Of a DNA stretch of 64,000 nt, positions 50,121 to 64,000 are shown piece by piece. How positions within the stretch are numbered: position 1 is the first letter of the stretch; the number at the start of each line of letters is the position of its first letter. Source of the stretch: Eledone cirrhosa (lineage: Eukaryota). The position numbers and the translations under genes were made by a program. Location: assembly GCA_964016885.1 (NCBI GenBank), contig OZ024740.1:182652001-182716000 (forward strand), in the 5' to 3' direction. The notes under the pieces were generated by a model. The model saw only the letters and a list, made by a program, of their open reading frames with translations, was not told the origin of the DNA and did not search any database.

Positions 50121-51661
50121 TCATCATCATCATCATCATCGTTTAACGTCCATGTTCCACGCTTGCATGCGTTTGGACGGGAGTTTTCCCACTTGAGGCA
50201 AGAGTGGTTGTCTTGCTCGCATAGGACTGTCTGGCGGGTTTTCTACAGCTGGATGCCCTTCCTAACACCAACCACATTTACAGTGTGGGACTGGGAGGTT
50301 TTTACCGTGTTGCCTACACGGCCACATTACAGCGTGGACTGTGTGTTTTTTTGTCGTGACACCTACACGATCTCATTTGTTTCGGCCTGGATGTTGTGGC
50401 ACCAACATAACTTTACATTGAAAGTTGCGGTGTGGATGAGGTAGGGTTGGTGGGACGGGGGTGTATTTTGTTAGAGATGCCTACTGACTGTAGTAGGTTT
50501 TACTTTGTATTTAGGTAAAGCGGGTCTTCTCTATTACTGAGTACCGCCAAAGATCTCGGTCCAGTGACATTGTCTTGGAGAGGTGTAAGTGTGTGAGGTC
50601 GGAATTTATCAGGTCGTCCCAGCTTTTTCTGGGTCTGCCTACCCCGTGGCTACCGTCTATCTTTATTGCCCTGCACTTTTTTATACAGCTGTCGTCTTTC
50701 ATGCGCATCACGTGACCATACCAACGTAGCCTTCTCTCGAGTAAACAACATCTGATCCCTCTTATTTCTAATTTTTCCTTTAGTTCGTTTATACTTTGCC
50801 GTTCACGTATTATATATCCAGCGGAGCATGCAAGCTTCGTTCCTCTCTAGTCTGCGTATATCCTCTGCACACAATGCCCAGGTCTCACTGCCATGCAACA
50901 TTGCTGTTCGTATGCAGGCATCATACAGCCTGCCTTTCATTTTTAGGGAGAACCCTTTAGCGGCTAATAGTGGTATAAGCTCTCTGAACTTTTTCCATCC
51001 AGTTCTGACTCTAGCTACTGTACTTTCAGAGCACCCTCCCCCACTGCTGATTTTGTCACCCAGGTAACGGAAGCTGTCCACTATTTCTATAGAACCCTCT
51101 GCGCAATTGAAAGAGCTAGTATTTTGTGGGCACTTGCTGCTACTTATTGCACAAGAGCACCGGCCACATGTAAAATCTATGTTCTTAGTTAGCTTACCTG
51201 TGATCCCACTACATCTTTTATGCACCCATACTTTGCATTTGGGACATAAAATGGCGTTTCTACCTACGCCTTTCCTACACACTGAGCATGGCCATTTCCC
51301 GGAAGGGACCGGCGCCTTATTTTCTTTCCTACAAACTAAAACTTTAGTCTTAGCCAGGTTAATTTTAAGGCCTTTTGATTCTAGGCCGTGCTTCCATGTT
51401 TGGAATTTCTTCTCTAGCTCGGCCATTGATTCAGCTATGAGCGTTAGATCATCTGCGTATAGGAGTTCCCATGGGCAGCCGGTCTTGAACTCCACTGTTA
51501 TAGCCTGAAGGGCAATAATAAATAGTAGGGGTCTAAGAACAGAGCCCTGATGAAACCAACTTTTACGCTAAACTCTTCACTATATTCGTTGTTAATTCTA
51601 ACCTTGCTGACTGTTTCTTTATACATGGCTTGTATAGCTCTCACAAGCCATTCATCAACAC

Positions 51662-51663
<2 letters not shown>
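50121..51663 (-). mobile_element. RTE LINE, 5'-truncated, with PHD-like finger inside the RT
   Basis: QGSVL, PWELLYADDL, CSVC..CPKCKVWVHKRC..CGRC, FRYLG, MLHGSETW, GRPRKSW; (ATG)n tail. Confidence 0.9.
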
Positions 51664-51701
<38 letters not shown>

Positions 51702-51704
<3 letters not shown>

Positions 51705-51910
51705 GACTTCTACCGGACTAGAACTGTTTCATTCATATGAAATCATTAAACTTTTCTGATGATTTCATACAAATGAAACAGTTCTTGTGCTTTAAAAGTC
51801 ATTTCTATATATCAAATGAAGTTGCCTATATTCTGCCAATGTATTGAGTAACATTTTTAACTATGGACACTTTTCGATACCCATTGGAAATCCACCCATA
51901 ATTATATTTA
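51702..51910. mobile_element. Foldback pseudo-LTR fragment with partly decayed hammerhead
   Basis: 51702-51748 is the approximate reverse complement of 51757-51805; CTGATGA at 51756 and GAAAC at 51775. Confidence 0.55.
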
Positions 51911-53343
51911 TATATGTCTATATAAGTGTGCATATGAGTATATGTTAAAGAATATCTGCGAGTATCTATACTTCAACTGTTTTCAATTATATTACTGAAT
52001 ACACTACCGAAGACAATGTCTTTGAGGAAAACACAGACTGACATATAATTGACACAAAAAAAAAAAAAAGAAAGTTTTATCTCATAGAAGAAAAACAGAT
52101 GTTTTAAATAAAGACTTTTAGAAGACTTCTAGGAGAAAGAAAAAACTTTTTTGCATTACCAATGATCTGACGAAAAGAGAGCTGGAAGAAAAAACAAAAA
52201 ATATGTTTTGGAGTGTGGAGCCATGCAGAAATATTACAAGTGTGATGATAACAATATACAGCTCTCTAGCAGAAAAGTACCAATAAGATTGAGAATTATT
52301 TTATACATTTATCTGGTGCACTTTTGCTTCATTTCATTATATAGTTCAATGATATAACCTTTTATCTAAATATCATTATATCTTGTTCTTTCCAGTGATA
52401 TGTTTACGTCTACATAGCGATACTGGCAAGAGTATTTACTTCAATATATCTACATATATACATATAATTTATTTATTTCTATACTATTATTCTGTATCAA
52501 TATTTGCTTGTAACAATGTACATATGTTTACCATATGTTTTCGGCCTCTTGGCATTGTCATATTCTTTAACCATAACAAGAGCTTATACTAGATTAAACA
52601 GCTTACTTCAGAATATTAACAGTAAATATGCTTTCTTTTATGTTTTCATGGCTGCTACTATTTTGTTGTATTGTGATGGTGGTGGAGGTAATCTAGTCAC
52701 ATTTCATTCATATATCAAACGAATTTGTTTACTTCTTAAATGAAATTAAGAATATAGTGAACATTCATCTACTTATCTTCCTCATTAACATGATTGCACA
52801 TTCAGAAAATTTAATATTCACTACTGGTGATTTTATCATTTATTTATAATTTTACTGGTTTCACTGAAGCCAAGCTTAAAGGTGTTTTTGTTGATCTTAT
52901 TAACACACTACATGCTTATAAGTCTAGCAAATATTTTATTGATCCCGACTGGTCAAACTGTTATGGGGGATAAGCAAACAGTAACATAGATACTGACATT
53001 AGATCACAGACATATAATTATCAGCATATTGTGTATGTCTTTCTATGCTGGCATGGAGTTATTACAGATCAAATCAATACTTAATTAGAGCTAGGTCTTC
53101 TTAGATGGGCCATGGGGACTAGCCTCACTTATGTACTTTCCAAGTTTGGTTTGGATTTCGCAGATGGATGCTCATTTGTATGGCAACCATTTTACAGAAG
53201 GAGGTGGATGTAGTTTCTCATGTGACCAACACTATTGTAGTTTTCATGTCCTTGATGTTAATGACAAGTCCTCTGATCTGTTTTTGGCATGGTTCCTGTG
53301 GCAGGATGATGCCCTCTCTAACACCGACCACATTGTATGTATG

Positions 53344-53412
<69 letters not shown>

Positions 53413-54512
53413 TTATACAAGCTCAGTAAAATTGAAACTGTGGCAGTTGGCCAACATCCACGAAAGAAAAATTCGGAGTTTCCATATATATATAAATATG
53501 TGTGTGATTATCTTCTGTAGAGGTTCTGTCTACCATATTTCACTCACAAGGCATTGGTCAACTTCAGGCTATAGCTTGAGGCACCAGCACTTGCTCAAAG
53601 TGCTATGCAATGAAACAACCAAACACCATGGGGTTACAAAACAATCTCTTAAGCCTACAGTTGTGCCTGTACATTATGTTAACATAAATAGATTATTTTC
53701 TGAACAAGTGATGGAACACTTTTAGTGAGCACGGTTTAATACAAAGCTTCAATTCCTGGTTGAAATTATGACAGTGCCCTTACTTGTGTGTCAGCAATTA
53801 CTAGCTGTGATCAGCAGTTGAATTGATACAGAATAAAAACATCAGCAAAGAGATTTGCCATTTGTATCCTATCACTGGCCTTGCATTGTGCTTATGGTTA
53901 AGATATTTAATGATCAAGTTTATTTTATCTACTTTTAGACTCAGGTCAACTCTTATATACTGCAAATCTATAACCAAAGGCATTTCAGCTATGGGAACAC
54001 ACTCTTTTAGGGGGCATCTAGGACTATATAATCTAAATGTTTTTTCTTTACTTAAGATGGTGGTGTAGGTTGTGATGTGAGGGATATTTGAAAGTTATTT
54101 CTTACAGGCCAAGAAAATCACATGGATGCTGCCAAAGTAGGCAAAGTGAGTATGAGACATTATCACTGTTGAGAGAGAGAGAGAATGACACACACAATGA
54201 TGAGATAATCATAAATTGCTTAAAATAATGATAATGATATATAATATTATGCTAAATTCAATCCATGAAATTTGATCAGTTAATTAGATTTCTTATAAAA
54301 ATATATCAATTTTAAATAATACAGAAACGTTTAATACCAATCAGCCAAACACATTTTAGTTCTAAATAATTTCATTTTCATGTTTAAAATATTGTTAATG
54401 GAAACACGATGGAAAGTCAAATGTGTGTGAAAGCTTTGTTAAATTAATAATTGATGTTGTGTTGTCAATGGAGAAGAAGGTGTTCATTGAAGATGAAAGG
54501 AGACAATGCAAT

Positions 54513-54688
54513 AAATAATTGTTTCTACTTTAGGCACAAGGCCATTACTGGTACTTTATTTTATCGACCCTGTAAGGATGAAAGGCAAAGTTAACCTCGG
54601 CGGGATTTGAACTCAGAATGTAAAGGGACGTAACTATGCTAGAAAGCATGGCGTCCAACCCTCTACCAATACTGCCAATTCACCGCCC
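54513..54688 (-). mobile_element. tRNA-derived SINE family A
   Basis: TSD caatgcaataaataat at 54504 and 54690. Confidence 0.9.
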
Positions 54689-55789
54689 GACAATGCAATA
54701 AATAATGAGACTGGCTCTCAGACATTAGACCTCACAGAGGAGATGACACAAGTCTGAGATGTTTCACAAAAATGATGTATATCAAACTTGTGCAAACCAT
54801 GCCATCATAGAAAATGGACATTATATGATGTTGATGATTACATGCCTTATATATCCTGTCTCTCTCTATAAAACCAATCAACCTCATCATCATTTCTCTA
54901 GATACTTGCAGGAGTTGAGCAGTTTCTCTCTAATGCATCATCTAACCATTTGTTGAATTTCTTTGTCATCTACATTGTGAGGTTCAGTATTCAATTAAGA
55001 TAAAATAGATGAAAGCATTAAAGGATAGGGAAAAGGAAAGAACTATTCATTAGTGTTTCCATCAAGTGGTATTGATGTGAATTAAGAACGAATAATGCTA
55101 AGTACATAAACCTACATTGACTAAATATAATGATTTGTTATAAAGCCAAACAATCTCAGATTTATAGCAAAATTGAAATTTAATGATGTTGTTATATTTC
55201 TGAAAAGCATTAACAATGTCAAAGAATTGAAGTAGCTAATTCTAAAGTTGGGCAAGTTGCATAATTGATCTATCAGCAGTTTTATGATGCTCACCTCATA
55301 TTTAATTTCAACATGTCAACTACATATAAAGATAAAGCAAATTAGTTTTAGAAACAACAACTAACTTTTCCTGCCATTAAACTATATCTTATAGATGCAG
55401 GTATGACTGATTTTAGCAAGTTTGTTTCATGATCATATGGTTCTGATACTAGAGGAGTGTCTTTTTTTATAGCAGCAGGTTGACCCTTGCATTGCAAGTG
55501 AAATTGCAGGGTCAGAAACTGTGCAGATGCTATCAGACAGCTTGTAGTTGTTCTCGAGTGGCAGCCTTAATCAGTCGATCTGTATAACACCACTACTGTG
55601 CATAATTGGTGTCTTAATAGGGTTGATTCTGCTGCAAGATTACAGACTACATCTACAGTCTGATTATAAACCACAATGATAGGATCTCTACTGACATTGC
55701 AGAACTCTCCTTTTATCCACTCATTAAACATGACAGACCTGTGAGTAGTACTCTCTGAGTAGTACAGTAGCTTCCTCTCTGATCACATT

Positions 55790-56330
55790 ATAGCATCTGT
55801 TGACCTTTGCCTGACACACTATCAACTCTGGTGTTCCCAAGGTTTGAGTTTTGTTTCCAACACTTTTCTCTCCCGTACATTAAATACCTATTCACCTCTA
55901 ACAATGCTTTTGTGTAGGTAGATGATAACACTCTTCATTTATCTTTAATCATTTGCAGCCTTACTTCATTTACACACAGCCTAAACACCTTACACTGCAC
56001 TGACTTCATAAACAGAAAAATCCTTGAAAACATCCTGCAAAGGTGTTATGCCAATTTTGTCTCCTTCATCAACATAAATGGACACAATAATTACACAAAT
56101 CAAGAAACTAGATTGATACAAATTCTAGCTCTAACCATCACCAATGATCTCTCTAGGCAAGCACACATCCTCAATATGCCAAAGATTGCATTTCAACCCC
56201 AACAACTCGCAATTCTCAACAAAGCATGGGTGTGATATACAATGGAGTACTAGTCCCACATCAACAACAGTGCTGCTGCTATGCTACATACACAGAGAAA
56301 GAAATTCCAGTTGACTTACTACCATGAAGT
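55790..56330 (+). mobile_element. Highly decayed CR1/L2-like RT fragment
   Basis: atcaactctggtgttcccaagg (INSGVP.G), a DD motif near 55920 and an MEY..H remnant near 56240. Confidence 0.5.
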
Positions 56331-58720
56331 TGTCCACCAACACACTTTTCTCACTGGTTCATAGACATAGTCTATCATTTCTCTTACTCTTTATTTATCC
56401 AAGAAAGATGAAAGTTAAAGCTGTCTCCAGAGGATTTTCGACTCAGAATCTAAAAAAATTAAAACTAAAGATTGTAATGCTATCTGGTCTATTAATCTCA
56501 CAATCTAGTCCTCTTCACAACTAACAATAATAGAAAAAACTAGAATTAGGAAATTTCTGACAATTGTTTCTGATTAATGTCCCCATTAATCAAATGAAGG
56601 TTTGAGAACCAATGAAACAAATACTTTAAAAAAAGTATATATATGGTTTATGGTTAGGTCAGGCCTTTGCCTGCTATTGGTACCATGTAACACAGAACAA
56701 CTTGTGTCATGGTTGAATGGTCAGTAACTAAACTGGTAAAGAAGGTAAGTAGGAAGCTGTTGTAGTGCACCTGAATACTGTACACAATAATTTTCATTAT
56801 TTATTATTCCATCAGCACAAAAACAAGAGCTGTTAAAAAGGGCAGAGTTACTCCTCAGAGTAAACCCGAACTATGGGTGAGATAGCCTTATCAACCTCCA
56901 ATTAGCCAAGCATGGCAAGTACAGCTACTCCTCTGACATGACCAAAACCAAATAGAAATTGCCAGTCAACCAGGGAGGTGCTCCTCCAGCAGGAGTGAGA
57001 CGGCCCTGGATTGTATTGGATATATATGGTTAAGCAGTGAATATGTTTCAATTCTATATATAAACAATATAAGTTATTCAATGTTGCACTATATAGTAAA
57101 ACATTGTACGTCTGCTAAAAAAGAAAAAGAAAAGCAAAAAAAAAACAAATAAATAAAAGCTATATTTGAACATTGACCTTAAAAATGACAACAGTGATGG
57201 ATAAATAATAAATCAATACCAAACTGATGGCAAATTACTAGTTATGGACAAATGATATAAAATAAAAATAGCAGTTATTGTTCCAATTAATAAACAAGCA
57301 GCAAATCTAGTGTTACTCATTAATAACGAAGAGAGGTGAGAAACATCAAATAATATCTGGAACAAAAATTGCTTTACTTGGAAAGATCAATCTCCTCTAA
57401 GTGAAAAGAAAATCACAAAAAAGTTATTATAATAACATCCACAAACTAACACGAGGTTAGCAGATATATCATATTTCCTAGATTGTAGTCTATTTATTTT
57501 AAAACATAAAATGGTATTGAAAGATGTACCTGGATTTATTAGCTTGTTAGACAAGTATGAAAACCTATTAGTTGCCAGCAGATGTCATCAGATGATTTGC
57601 TGTGAAGCTGTGAACTTAATCAAACAAAATTAGATATCATTGAAGGTATTAACTGTCCATGCAAAAAGTTTCCTCACAGTTTTCGTTTACCCAATTTCAT
57701 TCATAAGGTTTGGTTTAACTTATATCAATGCAAAAAACATGTGTTCAATATGTCACAAAGTGGTACTGAACTCAAAACCTCATGATTGTGAAACAAGCTT
57801 CTTAAATATTCGGCCATACTTGCAAACATATAAGAAACCTAACTAAATTATTGATAGCAATATGCAAAATTAAATTAGATCTCAGTAAACTACAAAGTGC
57901 ACATTTTATACTGCCATTATTTCTTCCACAAATGATTCTACATTTACATTCCATTGAAATCTCAATAATAGCTGTCAGCTTTAAACATATTCTTGTGAGA
58001 GAAATACAATCCACATTCTGTCATTATTATTATTATATCTAAGAATTATTCTTTGTAGTTTCAGTAAACAGAGATAATAACTTAAAATATTATCACAGAA
58101 ATGTATTTGGCAACCACTACTTTCCATTTCAGTGAAACATTTGGAAAGTTTAAAATAATAATATACATACATACATATTTCAAAGACTTGAAAGTAAGAC
58201 AGATAGTAAAAGTTAGTGAAAAAGTTACACTAGCTCTAAAGTAAGTGGTTAAATATTTTGGTTTCAATAAATATTTCACATAAAATGTACTTTAGTGGCA
58301 AATGAAATATTAAATATCAATCCATTATAAGGCTATGAATGTTTAATACATAGCAACAACACAGAGCACTCTTCTTAAATTTTTTATGTCACAGAAATGT
58401 CGACCTCAATGCAAAAAAACAAACAACAAATAAACAAAAATAAATAAATAAACAAGTTTTATTGACTATTTTTTAATACGAAAATAACTTCTTTAAGTTC
58501 TATAATGAGAAGGAGGATTATCTGAAATGCTATACTGTATTTAATCTTTATATGTTCCATATATTCCTTTCAATTTCAGCTTACATTGCTTATGGAAGTT
58601 AATTGATCTATCTCTATGGCACTGCAACAACAAAGCTGGGATGGGAAAATAATTCATTTATAAATGTCTCTATATCACTTTTTATCTTATTATGTGTGTG
58701 TGTGTGTATATATACATATA

Positions 58721-58800
<80 letters not shown>

Positions 58801-58802
<2 letters not shown>

Positions 58803-60202
58803 GGAAATGAAAAATAGTAAGGCTGCTGGACCATCGGGAATAGTTGCTGAGATACTGAAAGCATCAGGGGATGTAGGCACTAAACTGGTTGCACACATCA
58901 TCAATCAGGCTATATATGGTGGTGTCATACCCAAAGACTGTTGCAGCAGTATTCTCATAAATTGCTACAAAGGTAAAGGGGATGCTCTGGAGAGGAGCAA
59001 TTATAGGGGTATAAAACTGATGGATCAGGTTATGAAAGTGGCAGAAAGGATATTAGCACACCTAATTAGAGAAAGGGTCATACTAGATGAGATGCAGTTT
59101 GGTTTTGTGCCTGGGAAGAGTACAACAGATGCCCTCTTCTTGGTGAGACAATTGCAAGAGAGGTTCTTAGAGAAAAATAAGCCACTATACTTAGCCTTTG
59201 TTGACCTAGAGAAGGCCTTTGATAGGGTACCCCGATCTGTCATCTGGTGGTCCCTAAGGAAACTATGTGTTGAGGAATGGCTTGTGAGGACAGTGCAAAC
59301 TTTGTACAGAGGTACTCTCAGTAAAGTCAGGTTATGAATGGAGTTTAGTGAGGAATTCCAGATACAAGTAGGAGTACATCAAGGTTCAGTCCTCAGCCCG
59401 CTCTTGTTCATTATATTCCTCCAAGCCATAACAGAGGAGTTTAAGACTGGCTGTCCATGGGAACTTCTCTATGCTGACGATCTGGTTCTTATAGCAGAAT
59501 CAGTAGAGGAGCTAGAGAATAAATACTGGCTATTGAAACAGCAGTTAGAAGCAAGAGGACTGAGAGTGAACCTAGCTAAGACAAAAGTGTTGATGAGTAG
59601 AAAAGAGGACAAAACTCTGATTCCGTCAGGGAATGGCCATGTTCGATATGCAGAAAAGGAATTGGCATGAATTCTATAAAATGCACACAATGCAGATCCT
59701 GGGTACACAAGAGATGTAGTGGGATAGCAGGCAAACTAACAGGTAGGGAGAAATATGTATGCAGTAGATGTACAGGGAAATTAGACAGTAGAAGTCGCAT
59801 TGATAGACACATTTTTCAAATGCAGGAGGGTGCTATAGAAGTGGTGGATAGCTTCCGGTACCTAGGAAATCAGATTACCATGGGAGGAGGGTGTTCCGAG
59901 GCCATAGTATCTGGAATAAGGATGTGTTAGAAGAAGTTTAGGGAGCTGCTTCCTCTGCTGACGAAGAAGGGTTACTCCCTGCATACAAAAGGCCGGTTGT
60001 ATGATGCCTGTGTGAGGAACGTGATGCTGCATGGTAGTGAGACATTGGAAGCAACTGCAGAGGCTATGTTATGGCTGGAGAGAAATGAGGCAAGCAAGCT
60101 CCGTTGGATGTGCAGTGTAAATGTGCGTGAACGACCCAGCATGAATGTGTTGAGAGATAAACTCTATCTGAGAGGGATAGAATGTAGTGTACGGTAGAGG
60201 AG
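58801..60202 (+). mobile_element. RTE LINE internal fragment with PHD-like finger
   Basis: [74 protein letters not shown]; stops and frameshifts; TA tracts on both sides. Confidence 0.92.
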
Positions 60203-60297
60203 ACACAAATATATATATATGTACATAAATATATGTATATATATACATAAATATATATATATATAAATAAATATATATATATATATACATAAATATA

Positions 60298-60415
60298 TAT
60301 ATAAGTATGTATACGTACATACATATATGTATACAGACGTACAGTAGTATGTATATATATACATACATGCACACATATATATATGTGCGTATGGGTTTAC
60401 CGAACATTTATTATA
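60298..60415 (+). mobile_element. Fragment of the 25-26 kb retrozyme-like family
   Basis: Matches 25098-25220 (ataagtatgtatacgtacatac...ccgaacatttattataa). Confidence 0.75.
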
Positions 60416-60416
60416 A

Positions 60417-60763
60417 CTAGCTGACGTACCCAGCTTCGCCCTGGTAAACAGGTGATAAGAGATGACAGGTAAAAGAGAAAATTACTGTATTGGATGTTTG
60501 TCTGGTTACAGCATGAGGCGAGTCCGTGGTGTCTGTGTGATACAAAAAACAGTAAAAAAAAATATCCAAATATATCAGATTCTTCGTTGTACCTTTTGTG
60601 CATAGTATATGCACAATTCGAGGTTCTCCCACCTAGAATAGACATGGTTCATCTTCTGCCTGACTGTAAAACGTGCATCATTGCATAGACGTGGTTGTTC
60701 CACGTTTCTCAAAAGGATGATGGAAGTCCAATCTTTTATATTATATGTATATATAGATATAGA
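60417..60763 (-). mobile_element. Short non-autonomous Helitron-like element
   Basis: Minus strand starts A|TCTATAT and ends ccagggcgaagctggg-tacgtcag-CTAG|T, i.e. a subterminal GC hairpin, CTAG end and AT target. Confidence 0.65.
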
Positions 60764-61527
60764 TAATTAATATAAAAGATGTCCGTCAATGTTAAATAGG
60801 TGCCTATTTACTTGAAATGGTTTATACAAATGCCAAATTAATATGGATAACATGCTTATCTATAAGTGGTCAGCTATAATAATAAGACAACAAATTATAT
60901 GACACAAAAATAAATATAAAAGGTGCTCGTCAATGTAAAAAAAGGTCCCTATTTACTCCCTTCACAACTCTGTGTATGTTAGACTCACAGACAGGCACAC
61001 AGACAGATAAACTGCGTGGCGATTGTGGAACCCCACACACATACATGCATGGAAACGCGCGCACGCAAACTTACACACGCACACACTCACACATGTTGAT
61101 AGTTTTTACTTTCTGTGGAATGCTGCACGCAGGCATACACACATAAACATACACACGCACACATGTTAATAGTTATTGATTTCCTTCCCTTCTTATTTCC
61201 ACACACATCACACACACACACCTGTCTACATTGACACATTTACATAGTGTATCCAACACAGTGTTCACAATTTCCCCTCTCACTCCCTCATTGGTATTAT
61301 GCATATTAATTTCAATTTGGCGTCGTTGAGGTGGGCGGAGTCGTTTGAAACCTATGAAACAATGATAATCGAGAATTATGACACACGGAATACTGACATT
61401 GTTCAAATTAATATATAGATGTTCAGTTTGTTTGTAAACAAATTTTGTTTCATTCTTTTCTATTTATATATATATATGCATAAATATATATCAATATCAA
61501 TATATATACATAAATATATATATATAC

Positions 61528-61608
<81 letters not shown>

Positions 61609-61924
61609 ACCATATATATAGATATATACATAAATATATATATATATATTGTTATACTTGGGGAGGGTCATATTTGTGTAATAGTATTGCCAGAAATAAT
61701 AACAGAACACACTCACTGTTTGGTTGGTTTTTGCTTCTGTGTCTTTTATATCGGTTAATTTAATTTATTTGGTCCTCAATATTGCCATTGACTGACCAAC
61801 GGTCAGAAATACAGATACAATATAGACACAAACACATATATATAGTCTGTCAAAGTTCTTTCGTTGCACATTTGCAACATTGTCAGTGGTGCTATTATGT
61901 TTCCTCCCGTTTCATTGTATATAT

Positions 61925-62353
61925 ATATATTAGTAAAAAGGAAAAGAAAATGCTGACAAATTTTTCCCAGTGAAAAATAGTATAATTAGGAATAAGTATA
62001 AATTAATAATAAGTATTGGTTAGTATTCAGTTTTAGTTTTAAGTTTTTACCGGTTGTGCATTTCTAATGCGTTTCAAAACTAATTTTGAGATATAGCGCT
62101 AGTGATGTTTGCTAGTGATGTCGGATTAGAGCAAACATTACGAGCGCTCTATCTAAAAATTATTTTTGAAAAGCATTAGAAATGCGCAACCGGTAAAAAC
62201 TTCAAAACTAAAACTGAATACTAACCAATACTTTTTACTAATTTATACTTATTCCTAATTAAACTATTTTTCACTGGGAAAAATTTGTCAGCATTTTCTT
62301 TTCCTTTGTACTAATATATCACAACTCGTGTGTCACACCTCTATTTTTTTAAA

Positions 62354-62354
<1 letters not shown>
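61925..62354. mobile_element. Foldback element with about 190-bp arms (61925-62113 and 62129-62318) and a hammerhead-like 3' half
   Basis: Arms are reverse complements; the arms give GAAAC/GAAAA gcatt-aga-aatgc; TA flanks. Confidence 0.75.
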
Positions 62355-62386
<32 letters not shown>

Positions 62387-62390
<4 letters not shown>

Positions 62391-63321
62391 TAAAGTTAGT
62401 CCTTCATCAGTGATCTTCCAACCATCATTGGTATTTCATCGCTTTAAAGACCATATACCTCCGGTTGGTGCGAGCAATGGCTAAAGAAAGTCGTTGGGAC
62501 ATGTAAATAAGGGGAACGAGCGAGAATGTAAACAAACAAAGATGGTAAAGCAACGAAAAGTGAGGAAGAAGGAGTCAAGTCCGAGATTTCCATGAATATA
62601 AGTTTGATAAAATTGTGAACGAGAGAGAATAAAGATCATCAAACCTAGTCGAAATGTGAGCAATGAAGGAATTCCGCACAGGTCAAACAGGAGCAAGAAG
62701 GAGTCTGGTCCTTGAATTCGGTGAACATAAGTTCTATGAAATCGTAGACAAGAGAGAAAAAAGGAACAACCAGCCTGGTCAAGCGTGCACGAGAAAAGAA
62801 TTACGCACAGGTCAAACGGGAGGAAGTAGGAGAGATAGTAGCAGAGAGGGAGTGAGTAATGGGTGAGGAAAAGGCTAACAGAGAGAGTGACTGTTAGAGA
62901 GGGTAAATATACAGAGAAAGAGGAAGCAGTGAGAACGAAATAGACGGGTCACAGCGGGGGAAAATATATGTGTGAATATGAAAACAAACGTGCTGCGTGG
63001 TTGCAGATGGGTTACATATGAATAAAGTTAGTCCTTCATCAGTGATCTTCCAACCAGTATTGGTATTTCATCGCTTTAAAGACCATATACCTCCGGTTGG
63101 TGCAAGCAACGGCTAATGAAAGTCGTTGGGACACGTAAATAAGGGGAACGAGCGAGACAGTAAACAATCAAAGATGGTAATGCAACGAAAAGTGAGGAAG
63201 AAGGAGTCAAGTACCAGAAATCGATGAATATAAGTTCTGTGAAATCGTGGACGAGAGAGAATAAAGAACATCAAACCCAGTCGAAATGTGAGCAAGGAAG
63301 GAATTTCGCACAGGTCAAACG

Positions 63322-63322
<1 letters not shown>
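62387..63322. mobile_element. TA-flanked 1.5-unit tandem (632-bp period), same family as 16148-17100
   Basis: tgaataaagttagtccttcatcagtgatcttcc at 62387 and 63019; internal duplication of about 110 bp around 62690-62820. Confidence 0.8.
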
Positions 63323-63385
<63 letters not shown>

Positions 63386-63500
63386 TATATATATACATAA
63401 ATATATATATATACATAAATATATATATATAAATATATATATATATACATAAATATATATATATATATATAAATATAAATATATACATATAAATATATAT

Positions 63501-63540
<40 letters not shown>

Positions 63541-63542
63541 GC

Positions 63543-63595
<53 letters not shown>

Positions 63596-63600
63596 TATAT
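63323..63600. repeat. Long imperfect (TA)n microsatellite
   Basis: Seen directly. Confidence 0.95.
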
Positions 63601-63940
63601 CATCATCATCATTTTACGTCCGCTTTTCCCTGCTTGCAAGTGTGATGGAAACTGATTCTGGTTTCATTTCTAGAGCTGGATGCCCTTCTTAACACCAACC
63701 TCATTTACAGTGAGTGGTGGGTGTTTTTTTTTGTCGTGGTGCCTACACGTTTGCTTTACAGTGTGGGCTGGGGGCTTTTTTGCCGTGGCACCTCCACGAC
63801 CACTTTGCAGTGGAATGATATGGACCCCAGTCCCTATCATCTCATTTCTACAGCTGAGTAAACTGGAGCAATGTGAAATAAAGTGTCTTGCTCAACGAAA
63901 CAACTCATCACACGGTCTGATAATTGAACTCACAACCTTT
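63601..63940 (-). mobile_element. CORE-like SINE family B, 5'-clipped
   Basis: Collinear with 5336-5668. Confidence 0.88.
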
Positions 63941-64000
63941 GCTTGGTTTTCGCTTTTCGCTTCTGTGTCTTTTATATCGGTAATCTAATTTATTCGGTCC

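Overview
AT-rich, repeat-saturated animal DNA, probably intronic or intergenic. The SINE families and the abundant (TA)n/(CA)n/(ATG)n tracts suggest an octopus-like cephalopod, which is my inference. No intact host protein-coding gene is visible; the only host-gene candidate is a 12-nt microexon at 9632-9643. The window holds decayed LINEs (R4/Dong-like, CRE-like, Tx1/L1-like, RTE with a PHD-like finger inside the RT, CR1/L2-like), two tRNA-derived SINE families and a short Helitron-like element. It also holds a near-complete Penelope-like element (PLE) with an uninterrupted 796-codon RT + GIY-YIG ORF. The dominant unexplained structure is a set of 15 or more short elements from many unrelated families, most of them inserted in (TA)n tracts. 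They occur as inverted pairs or as circularly permuted tandems of just over one unit, and most carry type I hammerhead ribozyme motifs. About 10 motifs have a canonical CUGANGA core; others have variant cores (CAGANGA, CCGAAGA), enlarged stem II domains or only the 3' half. All RNA structures were folded by eye and no database search was run.
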